A stretch of 64,000 bases of DNA from Candidatus Daviesbacteria bacterium RIFCSPHIGHO2_01_FULL_41_45 (GTDB taxonomy: Bacteria > Patescibacteriota > Microgenomatia > Daviesbacterales > UBA10151), in the NCBI GenBank assembly GCA_001776975.1, contig MFCS01000025.1, forward strand, positions 37,407 to 101,406, given 5' to 3'. Position numbers and translations under genes: made by a program. The notes beneath the pieces are model-generated. The model was not told the origin of the DNA. It made no database searches and saw only the letters and a list, made by a program, of their open reading frames with translations. Of this stretch, positions 38,651-49,130 are shown in pieces. How positions within the stretch are numbered: the first letter of the stretch is position 1; each line of letters begins with the position of its first letter.

Positions 38651-40267
38651 TCAAGTAGGCAAATGTACCTTACTGGCAGCTTGGATGAAACCTAAAAATA
38701 ACGGGTGGGGATTTAAAGGACGGCTTTTTAACTCTGGATGAAATTGGGTTCCCACAAAAAAAGGGTGTTTTTTAAGCTCTATTATCTCCACTAATTTTCC
38801 ATCAGGTGAGGTTCCCGAGATCGCCAAACCGTTTTTTAAAAACTCCTTCAGAAAATCATTGTTAAACTCAAAGCGGTGTCTGTGACGTTCTGAGATCTTT
38901 GGTCTTCCATAAAGTTTTCGCACCAAAGTCCCAGTTTTTAACTTACACTCCCAAGCCCCAAGTCTCATCGTCCCACCATAGTCTTTTTTTAGCAACTTTT
39001 TCTGCTGATCCGTCATCACATGAACCACCGGATATTTAGTATCAGGATCAATCTCGGTACTATTGGCTCCTAGATATCCCAAGACATTTCTGGCGTATTC
39101 AATTACCGCCATCTGTAATCCATAACAAAGACCAAAATAAGGCAGGTTATTCTCCCGGCAATATTTAACAGTTAAAATCTTTCCTTCTATATCCCGGGCT
39201 CCAAATCCGCCTGGAACAATAATTCCCTGGTAACCCTGTAAAAGCTCTGGATTTTTTTCCACCTTCCCGGAATCTAACCAAACCACCTCTGGCTTATACC
39301 CTAAGGTAAACGAGGCATGTTTTATCGCCTCAATCACCGAGATATAGGAATCGGTTAATACCCCACTCCCTGAGGTAAAATATTTTCCCACTATGCCAAT
39401 TTTCACTACCTTGTCTGCTTTTTCTGCCTTTTTAACAAAATCCCTCCAGAGTTTTAAGTTATTCTTTTTTCTCTTCAGCTTTAATTTTTTGAGAATTCTA
39501 TCTGTTAGATTCCCTTCCTCAAAGTTCAACGGGATATTATAGATATTATCTACATCAGGCGCTGCAATAATATCCTCCGCCTCGATGCCAGTATTAAAAG
39601 ACAATCTTTTAATTCTAGGCGCATCAATTGCCACCTCGGCCCGAGCTAGTAAAATATCCGGTTGAATACCTACTGAATTTAGCTCTTTGACACTCATCTG
39701 AACGGGCTTACTCTTCATCTCACCCAAAGTCCTAGGGATTGGTAGGTAGCTGATGTGGATATGAATCACATCGTCATGCTTCTTGAGTTTCAGCAGGCGG
39801 TTGGCTTCAAGAAACAAAACATTTTGGTACTCACCGGTAGTTCCTCCAATCTCCACTAAAACGATATCCGCGTTTTTATTCCTCCCAGCTTGATGAATCC
39901 GGTCAATAATTTCTTGGGTCACATTATGGATATCAACATAATCTCCGTCATACTCTAAATTTCTCTCTTTTTGGATAACCGATAAATAAATACTGCCTTG
40001 GGTGGCAATATTACTTGAATCAAGACTTTCATTCATAAATCTCTCGTAATGACCTAAATCCTGATCTGTTTCTTTACCATCATCTAAAACAAAAGTTTCC
40101 CCGTGCGCCAGCGGATTCATTGTCCCAGCATCAACATTTAAATAAGGATCCATTTTGATCACTGAGACCTTAAAGCCTGCTGATTTTAACAGTAGTCCAA
40201 TGGAGGCAGCAGCTATCCCTTTACCAATGCCTGATATCACACCACCAGAGACAAAAATATATTTCAT
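38651..40267 (-). CDS. pyrG: CTP synthase
   Basis: N-terminal GGVISGIGKGI and glutaminase GLCYGLQ motifs. Confidence 0.95.
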   Translation of the reverse strand: MKYIFVSGGVISGIGKGIAAASIGLLLKSAGFKVSVIKMDPYLNVDAGTMNPLAHGETFVLDDGKETDQDLGHYERFMNESLDSSNIATQGSIYLSVIQKERNLEYDGDYVDIHNVTQEIIDRIHQAGRNKNADIVLVEIGGTTGEYQNVLFLEANRLLKLKKHDDVIHIHISYLPIPRTLGEMKSKPVQMSVKELNSVGIQPDILLARAEVAIDAPRIKRLSFNTGIEAEDIIAAPDVDNIYNIPLNFEEGNLTDRILKKLKLKRKKNNLKLWRDFVKKAEKADKVVKIGIVGKYFTSGSGVLTDSYISVIEAIKHASFTLGYKPEVVWLDSGKVEKNPELLQGYQGIIVPGGFGARDIEGKILTVKYCRENNLPYFGLCYGLQMAVIEYARNVLGYLGANSTEIDPDTKYPVVHVMTDQQKKLLKKDYGGTMRLGAWECKLKTGTLVRKLYGRPKISERHRHRFEFNNDFLKEFLKNGLAISGTSPDGKLVEIIELKKHPFFVGTQFHPELKSRPLNPHPLFLGFIQAASKVHLPT

Positions 40268-40549
40268 AATTTGTTAACTAAAATTAATTTGACCTGCAAA
40301 CACATCATCTGCTTGACGCTCCAAATCTAAAACCCTCTGCCAATAACCAACTCCTGATTGTGCAGACCTGACCCCAAATACCTGCTTCAGGTACCTACCC
40401 GGAATCAATACTTCTCTGGCTCTAATTACACCAAAAGTTGCCGGAATAGCGCAATCTTCCACGATACTAGATGGCAAGTTAAGTATTTCAACTGACAGCA
40501 TGATTATTGCGAACAGAATAACCTAGAATGTGGACAAGTTGTCAATACC

Positions 40550-42634
40550 TCAGTTGGATATTACCAGGTCGGGCTTTGGTTTATCCCAAGAAGCAAAATC
40601 ACATTTTGGATAGTTACTACAACCATAAAACGGCCTGCCTTTTTTAGTCCGCTTAACAATCACCTCACCATCACACTTAGAGCACTTAACGCCCACCCTT
40701 TCTTCAAAAGCTTTAGTAAATTTACAATCTGGAAAACCTGAACAGGCCAAAAATTTACCAAATTTACCAAATTTAACTATTAACTGTTTATTGCATTCAG
40801 GACAAAGTTCATCAACCGTCACTATCTCCAATTTTACCCGACTAGCTGTTTCCAGAGTTTCGTTAACTTGTTTAACAAACGGTTTATAAAACTCCTCCAT
40901 CATTGGCTGCCACTTTCTCTCTCCCTTGGCAACCTCATCCAACTTTTCCTCCATCTCAGCAGTAAATGAATAGTCAACGATATCTGGAAAGTGTTCCCCT
41001 AAAAAGTCAGCTACACTCATCCCTAGATCAGTTGGCACAAACTTCCGATCTACCCGCTCAACGTAATACCTTTCCTGAATAGTTGACAAAGTTGGAGCAT
41101 AAGTAGAGGGTCGGCCAATCCCTAGCTCCTCTAATTTTTTTATCAACGAGGCCTCAGTATATCTAGCCGGAGGTTCAGTAAAATGCTGAGAGGGAATAAG
41201 TTCTATTAGTTTTAGCTGTTGATTGGCATCCAAATTGGGCAGCGTCTTCTCCTCTTGTTGATCCTCATCCTGATCATTTTGACCATAAACTTTCAACCAT
41301 CCATCAAACTTGACTACACTACCCGTGGCCCGCAGGAGATATTCTATACTCTCTGACTTGGCAGAAACATTAACAGTAGTCACCTCTAATACCGCCTCAC
41401 TCATCTGTGACGAGACCATCCGCTTCCAAATTAAATCATAGAGTCTAAGGTGGTCTCTGGTCATACCCTCCATGATCTGTGATTCTAAACTTTTGATTGT
41501 GGCATCAGTCGGACGTATCGCCTCGTGAGCTTCCTGAGCCGATTTAGACTTAGTTTTAAATACCCGTGCCCCTGTAGGTAGGTATTTATCTCCATACTCA
41601 GCTTTAATTACCTGCCTGGCAACAGAGATAGCTATTGGTGCCAAATTAACAGAATCAGTTCTCATATAAGTAATCAGTCCATTCTCGTACAAATTTTGAG
41701 CTAACATCATAGTTTTCTTAGAGGTAAATCCTAATTTATTAGAGGCAGTTTGTTGGAGAGTTGAGGTGGTAAAAGGGGGAGACGGATATCTTTTGACCTC
41801 TTTTTTGCTTATCTCAGCAATATTATATAAGGCCTTCTCTAAAACCCTAACATGACCCTCAGCCTCAGATTTATTTTTAATCTCCAACCGCTTCCCTTTT
41901 AGTTGCACTAGATCCGCTGTAAATCTGGCTTCTTTATTTTGACTGGCTGTTTCTAACTGCGCTTCCACACTCCAATACTCCTGGGAATTGAAAGAACCAA
42001 TCCCTTTCTCTCGCTCCACAATGAGCTTTAAAGCTACTGATTGAACCCTACCAGCAGACAATCCAGATTTGACCTTCTTCCATAAAATAGGTGAGAGATT
42101 ATAACCAACTAATCTATCTAAGACTCTCCTTGCCTGTTGTGCATCAACTAGCCTCAGATCAATCCTGCGAGGATTTTGAAAAGCCTCTTTGATGGCCTCT
42201 TCTGTAATCTCATGAAAAACCACCCTCTTAATCTCCTGTTCTATCTTTTTAGCTTGGAGATTTTTTCTTTTTCCCTCGCTGTTGTGTAATAACTCAGACA
42301 AATGCCAAGATATAGCCTCTCCCTCACGATCAGGATCTGTTGCTAACCAGATCGTTTTAGCAGAAGCCATCACTTTTTTTAGTTGGTTAATCCGTTTTGA
42401 TTTATCTCTAGGAATGATGTAGTGTGGTTCAAAGTTGTGATCTACATCCACCCCAATATCAGACTTGGGCAAGTCTCTGACGTGACCCATCGAGGCCTCA
42501 ACTTGATACTGGCTACCCAAATATTTAGCCAGAGTCCTACCTTTTGTAGGTGATTCAACAACAACTAAATTCTTCATAATATAATCCTCAATTTCCCCTT
42601 TATTCACGCTAGAGTAGTGTAACAGTGATGTCAA
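40550..42634 (-). CDS. topA: DNA topoisomerase I
   Basis: Toprim VVVESPTKGRTLAKYLG, catalytic Tyr GLITYMRTDS, C-terminal C4 zinc ribbons. Confidence 0.95.
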   Translation of the reverse strand: MTSLLHYSSVNKGEIEDYIMKNLVVVESPTKGRTLAKYLGSQYQVEASMGHVRDLPKSDIGVDVDHNFEPHYIIPRDKSKRINQLKKVMASAKTIWLATDPDREGEAISWHLSELLHNSEGKRKNLQAKKIEQEIKRVVFHEITEEAIKEAFQNPRRIDLRLVDAQQARRVLDRLVGYNLSPILWKKVKSGLSAGRVQSVALKLIVEREKGIGSFNSQEYWSVEAQLETASQNKEARFTADLVQLKGKRLEIKNKSEAEGHVRVLEKALYNIAEISKKEVKRYPSPPFTTSTLQQTASNKLGFTSKKTMMLAQNLYENGLITYMRTDSVNLAPIAISVARQVIKAEYGDKYLPTGARVFKTKSKSAQEAHEAIRPTDATIKSLESQIMEGMTRDHLRLYDLIWKRMVSSQMSEAVLEVTTVNVSAKSESIEYLLRATGSVVKFDGWLKVYGQNDQDEDQQEEKTLPNLDANQQLKLIELIPSQHFTEPPARYTEASLIKKLEELGIGRPSTYAPTLSTIQERYYVERVDRKFVPTDLGMSVADFLGEHFPDIVDYSFTAEMEEKLDEVAKGERKWQPMMEEFYKPFVKQVNETLETASRVKLEIVTVDELCPECNKQLIVKFGKFGKFLACSGFPDCKFTKAFEERVGVKCSKCDGEVIVKRTKKGRPFYGCSNYPKCDFASWDKPKPDLVISN

Positions 42635-42639
42635 GAAGA

Positions 42640-43014
42640 TTATCTAACTCTGACCACGTTTCCTGAAGGATCTAGTTCTACTATATGTTTCGAGAATCCA
42701 TCCACATATCTTTGGCATAAATTATGAGATAAATCATCTACATCCTCTCGGGGCGAATGAACCACATCAACCACCCAATCTGGCATTAAGTCATTTGTTA
42801 AACAAGGGCCTTGAGATAAATCTGTGCCGTTTGATAAAGCCTTCTTATATAAAGCCCTAGCTTTAGCTGTTGCTTGATCAGCTGTTGAGACTGAAGCATC
42901 TTTTTTAATAACCCTAGTCTCATTTAACTTCATCACCCCAACCCCCACTACTAAGACAAAAATTAATGACATAACAAACAACTTAGTTCTTTGATCCATA
43001 TATCTAGTATACAT
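42640..43014 (-). CDS. Hypothetical membrane-anchored protein
   Basis: N-terminal transmembrane segment. Tightly packed between dprA and topA. Confidence 0.5.
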   Translation of the reverse strand: MYTRYMDQRTKLFVMSLIFVLVVGVGVMKLNETRVIKKDASVSTADQATAKARALYKKALSNGTDLSQGPCLTNDLMPDWVVDVVHSPREDVDDLSHNLCQRYVDGFSKHIVELDPSGNVVRVR

Positions 43015-43015
43015 T

Positions 43016-44107
43016 TTAACCTAACCTGAGGTACACCCCTGCTCCCATATTTTTAACCAATCCATAGATCTCCATCTTTATTAAGGCTGCAGATACAGCC
43101 GAAACTGGTAGATTAACCTGCCGACAGATCTCATCAACATGCCTATTATCCAAAGCCAATACCTCTAAAACTCTTCTTTCAACATCGCTCAGCTCTAAAT
43201 TAGGTTTATTTTTAAAGTTTAAGGTTTGAATTTGGTCTAACCCCAACTCCTCTATAATCTCTTCTGGAGAGGTAACCAACCGGGCACCTTGTTTAATTAA
43301 AGCAGCCGTTCCAAATGACTGATCTGAGGTAATCGGACCAGGAATAGCAAAGACCTCTCGACCTTGATCAATCGCTTCTCTAGCAGTAATCAGCGAACCA
43401 CTATCCTCAGCTGCCTCTGTTACCAAAACTGCTTTTGATAAACCAGAGATAATTCTGTTTCTGGCTGGGAAATTACCTGGTAAAGACGGCTCATCTGGTA
43501 AAAACTCAGAGGTCACCGCCCCAAACCCTCCGTCAACAATCTCCTTAACCAATCTCTCGTTTTCTGGAGGGAATATTTTGTTTAACCCGCCACCCAACAC
43601 AGCAATTGTTTTTCCCTTCACCTCCAAAGCAGCACGGTGAGCGATCGTATCCACACCTCTGGCAAGCCCGGAAACAATAGTTAATCTGTTAGATGCTAGA
43701 TGGGTCGTAAACTTTTGGGTAACCAAGCTTCCATATCCAGTGACCTTTCTTGTTCCCACCACAGCTACACATAAAGTATTAAATATCGACCTATCACCCT
43801 TAAAATATAACACCACTGGAGGATTATGAATCTCCTTTAAAGGAGCTGGATAATCAGCATCAAAAATAGTTACAAAATTAATTCCTGACTTATTTAACTC
43901 CTCTACCAGACTTTCGGGCTTTAAAGTAGCCTTTAATCTCTGCCAATCCTCTATGACTGATCGAGCAACATTGATCCCTTCCCACTCTGATCTTCTTGCT
44001 TCCCAAGCAACTTTTGAGTCAGAAAAATACTCGAGTAATAATTTTAACCTAATAGGTCCCAGCCCTTTGACATGATGTAGGGCTAAAAGGTACTCAATAT
44101 TATCCAT
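43016..44107 (-). CDS. dprA: DNA processing protein DprA (Smf)
   Basis: Rossmann-like DprA core (VVGTRKVTGYG...GLARGVDTIAHRAAL) plus a C-terminal winged-helix domain. Confidence 0.9.
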   Translation of the reverse strand: MDNIEYLLALHHVKGLGPIRLKLLLEYFSDSKVAWEARRSEWEGINVARSVIEDWQRLKATLKPESLVEELNKSGINFVTIFDADYPAPLKEIHNPPVVLYFKGDRSIFNTLCVAVVGTRKVTGYGSLVTQKFTTHLASNRLTIVSGLARGVDTIAHRAALEVKGKTIAVLGGGLNKIFPPENERLVKEIVDGGFGAVTSEFLPDEPSLPGNFPARNRIISGLSKAVLVTEAAEDSGSLITAREAIDQGREVFAIPGPITSDQSFGTAALIKQGARLVTSPEEIIEELGLDQIQTLNFKNKPNLELSDVERRVLEVLALDNRHVDEICRQVNLPVSAVSAALIKMEIYGLVKNMGAGVYLRLG

Positions 44108-45960
44108 TATTCACCAAGTCTCCTTGACTCAATATCAAGCGGTGCCACATCCAAGCTTTTGATCTGAGACTTGTCAGAATTGAAATACCAGGTATAAATA
44201 TGTTTCACTACCGGCGAGGCAACAGTTGATCCCTCTCCCCCTGCTTCCACCAAAGCTGTCACCGATAATTGTGGGTCGTCGACAGGCGCATAAGATGTAT
44301 ACCAGGCATGAGTTCTGTCTCTCGGGTCACCAAATTCCGCTGTACCCGTCTTGCCAGCAGTGGGAATTGAAAAATTAAAGAACGGCCAGGCAGTACCACC
44401 TTGTTTAGTCACCCTCTCAAGGCCTTGTTTTACAAGCAATAGATGCTCTTTGGGAAATAGATCTGCGGAGAGAAGTTGCGGTACAATGCGTTTAATAAAG
44501 CTTCCATCAGAGCGACTAATAGCAGTCACTAAGTAAGGTTTATACAACTTCCCATTTGCTGCTATATAGGAGGTTTGGGCAAGGACCTGCAGTGGAGTTG
44601 CCAGCAAAAATCCTTGCCCGATCGCCATATGTAAACTATCGCCCGGGAACCATACTTCATCTAGCACTTGTCGTTTCCATTCATCTGAGGGGATTAATCC
44701 TTCAACTTCACCAGGTAGATCAATTCCCAACTTTTTCCCCATGCCCATTTTTCTAGCTGCATCAGCCAACGCTTTTTCACCCACTAGCTCCCCAACCTTA
44801 TAAAAAAAGGTGTCATTAGATCGCTCCAACGCTCTGACTATATCGACCATCCCTTCTTTTCTACCATGTTGGGTAAAATACCAATTAGCGAAGGTGTAGG
44901 GTCCTAAATTAATCACTCCGGTATCTTCAATAACAGTTGAGGCTGTAATCCGACCGCTTCCCAAAGCAGCCAGAGATGAAGCTATCTTAAAGGTAGATCC
45001 AGGCGGATAAGTTCCAGCTATGGCGCGATTTAAAAGTGGTGAAAATTGTGAGGTGAAATAAGCACTAACCAATTGACTCTTAGTAGGATCGGTAAAGCTG
45101 TTTCCATCAAAGGTAGGCAAAGACACCATCGCCAAAATTTCACCTGTTTTGGGATTTTCGGCAATAACACTTCCGCAACAAGATCCTACTTTGGTCACCG
45201 CCTCTTTCAAACGGTTGTAAGCTTGATTCTGTAAATCGGCATCAATTGACAGATGAAGATTATGACCGGGTATTGGTTCAATCCTCCTTAAGGATCTCAA
45301 TTTTTTACCAGTCGAATCTACCTCAATAATCTCAGCCCCATCTGTACCTTTTAGATAGCGCTCATACACTTGTTCAACTCCGGCTCGCCCGAGCTTATCA
45401 CCAATCTTATAATCCTTAAACTCATCACTTTTCAACTCAGACTCAGTAATCTCACTAACATAACCAAGAATGTGAGATGTAACCTCACTCATCGGATATG
45501 ACCTAATAGTATCTGTTTCCAGTTTGTCATAGCCCTGATGACCGGTCGCTTCTAATCTTAAGGCCTCATCATGGCCAACAAATCTTCCCTCTAATCTATA
45601 CCCAGGATTTGACTCAGCTAAAACTTTACCATTTCGGTCATAAATTACTCCCCGAGGGGCATGAATTATCCGGCTATGAATCCTGTTTGAATCTGCCAAA
45701 CCCCGAAAAGTGGCTCCTTCTATAATCTGCAGGTGAAATAACCGAAGAAACAAGCCAAACAGGGAAATTAAGATGATACAGGCTGTGATCAAAACCCTCC
45801 AGGATGATATGGAATCCTTTATGAAACTGGGGCGAAAATTTGGTAAAAAACCATCCTGCCAACCAGAATCCAAGCCTTTAAAATCCTTAAAGTGGCCAAA
45901 CTTTTTGGCACTCTTAACAACTTCATCTGAGAATGCGTAACCAAGTTTTTTTCTGGGCAT
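44107..45960 (-). CDS. mrdA: Penicillin-binding protein 2 (elongasome transpeptidase)
   Basis: STFK active site (PPGSTFKIASS), KTGTAE, N-terminal transmembrane anchor. Confidence 0.9.
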   Translation of the reverse strand: MPRKKLGYAFSDEVVKSAKKFGHFKDFKGLDSGWQDGFLPNFRPSFIKDSISSWRVLITACIILISLFGLFLRLFHLQIIEGATFRGLADSNRIHSRIIHAPRGVIYDRNGKVLAESNPGYRLEGRFVGHDEALRLEATGHQGYDKLETDTIRSYPMSEVTSHILGYVSEITESELKSDEFKDYKIGDKLGRAGVEQVYERYLKGTDGAEIIEVDSTGKKLRSLRRIEPIPGHNLHLSIDADLQNQAYNRLKEAVTKVGSCCGSVIAENPKTGEILAMVSLPTFDGNSFTDPTKSQLVSAYFTSQFSPLLNRAIAGTYPPGSTFKIASSLAALGSGRITASTVIEDTGVINLGPYTFANWYFTQHGRKEGMVDIVRALERSNDTFFYKVGELVGEKALADAARKMGMGKKLGIDLPGEVEGLIPSDEWKRQVLDEVWFPGDSLHMAIGQGFLLATPLQVLAQTSYIAANGKLYKPYLVTAISRSDGSFIKRIVPQLLSADLFPKEHLLLVKQGLERVTKQGGTAWPFFNFSIPTAGKTGTAEFGDPRDRTHAWYTSYAPVDDPQLSVTALVEAGGEGSTVASPVVKHIYTWYFNSDKSQIKSLDVAPLDIESRRLGE

Positions 45961-46403
45961 TATATTTTCAGCTTAATAACTGACCTACCAATAAACCTCT
46001 CCTCCCAAAATCCGATGATAAGATAGAGCGGAACCACCATAATCATCTGGACTGGCACATACCACAGATTTAAGCTAATCCCCAATAAAAATTTAGAGAG
46101 TAGATAATAAATCATCACAGTAATAAATGTTACCGGGATGCTGACTGACCAATGGGAGGCAAAAGCAGCCAGACGGATACTGTGCACCACTTTCACAACT
46201 AAAAGATAGACAATACTCATGATCCCCAAAGGTTGTCCTGATAAGAAAGCTACCAATAACCCCATTAAAAACGCTAAGTAATAGTTTGACCGAGAATTCA
46301 TTAAAAAACTGCGGACTATAATGACAATTAAAATTAAATCAAACGGCAACAACGCAGATTGGATAAAGGTTAGCAACAATAACAATACTATCGGTACAAT
46401 CAC
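45960..46403 (-). CDS. mreD: Rod shape-determining protein MreD
   Basis: Polytopic small membrane protein in the mreC-mreD-mrdA order. Confidence 0.65.
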   Translation of the reverse strand: MIVPIVLLLLLTFIQSALLPFDLILIVIIVRSFLMNSRSNYYLAFLMGLLVAFLSGQPLGIMSIVYLLVVKVVHSIRLAAFASHWSVSIPVTFITVMIYYLLSKFLLGISLNLWYVPVQMIMVVPLYLIIGFWEERFIGRSVIKLKI

Positions 46404-47191
46404 ACACCCTCCATTACAAACACAACGTCCAGATTCTTGGTGTCAAATACCCCTTCAACTTTGGCCTGTTTAAAAACCTCATTCTCTCGGGTAAATACTT
46501 GACTCACTTTTCCAATGATTAGCCCTCTGGGAAGCTCTCCTTCTAAACCTTCTGAGTAAACTAAATCTCCAATATTTATCGGTTCCTGGTGCAATATTTT
46601 ATCCATTAGCATCTCTGAACCGAATTGACCTATCAGTATTCCCTGAGACCTACCTGCCTCCCCTTGAGAGAAAACTGATAGCTTGGAATCAGGATCAGAG
46701 GGCAGTAGAACCTGTGAGGTATTGCCACTCACTACCCTAACCACTCCTACGTACTGATCCTTATATAAAACTGCCTGGCCAGGCTGTAAATTTTTATCAG
46801 TGCCGTGATCAAGAATTAGGTATCTCCCCACCCCAATTACTCTTGTGGGAATTAATGAATAAGCCCGAGGTAACAAAGTTGACTCCTGATTGCTTAAGGC
46901 TGTTAATTCATTTAACTCCCGTTGTATCCTAGCTTTATCCAAAACCAATCCTGCTAGCTGTTCTTTTAAAGCCACATTTTGTTGAGCAGCAAAACGGGCC
47001 TCGGTAAGAAAACTGAATTGACGCCCCACCACCTTAGTTGATTCATAAATTCCATATTGGATCGGGGTAGTTACTGTTTGGACAACTATTTTGGGAAAGT
47101 TTAACCAACCAACCTTATCTAAAACCAATACTGATGAGGAGATTAAAACCAGGGTAATAAATAGCCTAAAATCCAGTAGTAAGGTTTTCAT
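46400..47191 (-). CDS. mreC: Rod shape-determining protein MreC
   Basis: Transmembrane anchor, coiled coil and the MreC beta-domain. Confidence 0.8.
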   Translation of the reverse strand: MKTLLLDFRLFITLVLISSSVLVLDKVGWLNFPKIVVQTVTTPIQYGIYESTKVVGRQFSFLTEARFAAQQNVALKEQLAGLVLDKARIQRELNELTALSNQESTLLPRAYSLIPTRVIGVGRYLILDHGTDKNLQPGQAVLYKDQYVGVVRVVSGNTSQVLLPSDPDSKLSVFSQGEAGRSQGILIGQFGSEMLMDKILHQEPINIGDLVYSEGLEGELPRGLIIGKVSQVFTRENEVFKQAKVEGVFDTKNLDVVFVMEGV

Positions 47192-47193
47192 GA

Positions 47194-48009
47194 GTGGGTA
47201 TCACTCTGGCTAATATACCACAAAAGTTTTTTGATGTATTGACAGAGAAAATAGTTATCACTATAGTCTTTTTAAGTATGTACCCTGAATTTTCTCGATT
47301 ACAAAGGGAGGTTGCTGACAGCTTTTTAACCACTACTGTTCAGGGAAAAGCCAGTAGAGTTGTATTGAGGCCGGATGGAACCCATTATATTGACTCCCAA
47401 ACCCGTCCTGTTCATATGATTGATTTCCCCAAACGACCCAGAGAATTTGCCCTAAAGATTCATGAAACAAGACCCACCGACCCTCCTTCTCCGTACTTTG
47501 TGAATTTTAGAAATCTACCACCAGAGATGCTGGTACAATTTGGCAGGCTATTAGAAGAGTCCCCCATCTCCTTCCATGTACCCGATGTCTGTACCGGAAT
47601 CCCTAAAGCTGGGGTGGATATAGCCAAAGCTTACTCCCTAGCAAGTGGAGTACCCTATCTGGATATATATTCTAAAGAGGAGCATACCGATGGAACTAGG
47701 AGAATTATTGGTAGAGAAGGGACCCCAGATGGCAATCAGAAAAAACTTCTGATTATTGATGATCTGATTACCAGGGCAGGAACAAAATTAGAAGCGATCC
47801 AGGTAGCCAGAGAACAGGGATTTAATGTGACTGGAGTAGCTGTAATCTTAGATCGGGAGCAGGGAGGGCAGGAGGAGCTGACAAGCTTTGGAGTTTGGTT
47901 ATCTACAGTTTTCTCGATTAGATCATTATTGGAGTACTACTGTGATACTAGGCAGATCAGTCAGTATAGATTTGACAAGATTAGAAGATACCTCGCTGCC
48001 CAGGAATAA
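47194..48009 (+). CDS. Type I phosphoribosyltransferase-domain protein (orotate-PRTase-like) with an N-terminal extension
   Basis: PRPP-binding motif KKLLIIDDLITRAGT. Confidence 0.7.
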   Translation: MGITLANIPQKFFDVLTEKIVITIVFLSMYPEFSRLQREVADSFLTTTVQGKASRVVLRPDGTHYIDSQTRPVHMIDFPKRPREFALKIHETRPTDPPSPYFVNFRNLPPEMLVQFGRLLEESPISFHVPDVCTGIPKAGVDIAKAYSLASGVPYLDIYSKEEHTDGTRRIIGREGTPDGNQKKLLIIDDLITRAGTKLEAIQVAREQGFNVTGVAVILDREQGGQEELTSFGVWLSTVFSIRSLLEYYCDTRQISQYRFDKIRRYLAAQE

Positions 48010-48011
48010 TT

Positions 48012-49067
48012 TTACCTCAATCCACCGGTAACTCTGACTTTAGTTAATAAATCCAAGTTTTGTAAAACCTTGCCACAACCCCTGACTACTGTAGTTAATG
48101 GATCATCTGCCACCAGGATTGGCATCTTGGTCTCCTCCGCCAACCTTTTATCAAATCCTTTCAGTAATGCCCCACCTCCGGTGATCATCACCCCTCTTTC
48201 CATAATATCTGAGGTTAACTCAGGCGGAGTCTCCTCTAAAACCCCGGAGATAGCTGAGATGATCTGGTTTATTGTCCCCATTAAGGCCTCCCTAATCTCC
48301 ACACTAGAAACCTTAATTGATTTTGGCAAACCGGTCTGTAAATCCCGACCCCTGATCACCGCTTCTTTTTCCTCTTTTAATGGTGACGCTGAACCAATCT
48401 CTATTTTAATATCCTCAGCAGTTTTTTCCCCGATAATTAATCCATACCTCATCCTCATATAATTGATAATGTCCTCATCTAACTCATCCCCAGCTACTCT
48501 TAAAGATCTATTAATCACCATCCCTCCCATGGAGATCACCGCTATCTCGGTTGTTCCCCCGCCAATATCCACAATCATTGTTCCTTCTGGTTCCTCAATT
48601 GGTAGCCCAGCTCCAATGGCTGCTGCCATCGGCTCCTCAATCAAATAACAAACCCGGGCTCCAGCAGTTAAAGCTGCATCCTGCACCGCTCTTCTTTCTA
48701 CCTCAGTGACTCCGGAGGGAATCCCAATCACAACTCTAGGTTTAGGAATCTTAGGAATAGACAATCCTTTTTTGGGATTTTGGTGTACCCTCTGGATAAA
48801 ATACCGCAACATCGCCTCAGTTGAGTCAAAGTCTGAGATCACACCGTCCCTTAAAGGTCTTATTGCCTCAATAGCCATTGGGGTACGACCCAACATCCGC
48901 TTGGCTTCAGTACCAATCGCTAAAATTTGCCGGCTTTTTTTATGTAGCGCTACCACCGATGGCTCTCTTACCACTATTCCCTTACCGTCAACCAATACCA
49001 AGGTATTAACAGTCCCTAAATCAATGCCAATATCAAATGAAACGAGCTTCCAGAAGAAGTCAAACAT
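48012..49067 (-). CDS. mreB: Rod shape-determining protein MreB (actin homolog)
   Basis: IGIDLGTVNTLV phosphate-1 motif. Confidence 0.95.
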   Translation of the reverse strand: MFDFFWKLVSFDIGIDLGTVNTLVLVDGKGIVVREPSVVALHKKSRQILAIGTEAKRMLGRTPMAIEAIRPLRDGVISDFDSTEAMLRYFIQRVHQNPKKGLSIPKIPKPRVVIGIPSGVTEVERRAVQDAALTAGARVCYLIEEPMAAAIGAGLPIEEPEGTMIVDIGGGTTEIAVISMGGMVINRSLRVAGDELDEDIINYMRMRYGLIIGEKTAEDIKIEIGSASPLKEEKEAVIRGRDLQTGLPKSIKVSSVEIREALMGTINQIISAISGVLEETPPELTSDIMERGVMITGGGALLKGFDKRLAEETKMPILVADDPLTTVVRGCGKVLQNLDLLTKVRVTGGLR

Positions 49068-49130
49068 GTGAAATTGAGTTTAACATTTGTGGTTGGCAAC
49101 AACAAGCAGGTCTGGTAGGATAATTACCAC

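Noticed and set aside
40274-40501. 75-aa ORF between topA and pyrG as a confident protein-coding gene
   Set aside because: No SD, no motif, and unusual composition. Kept only as a finding (possible leader or uORF), not as a feature.
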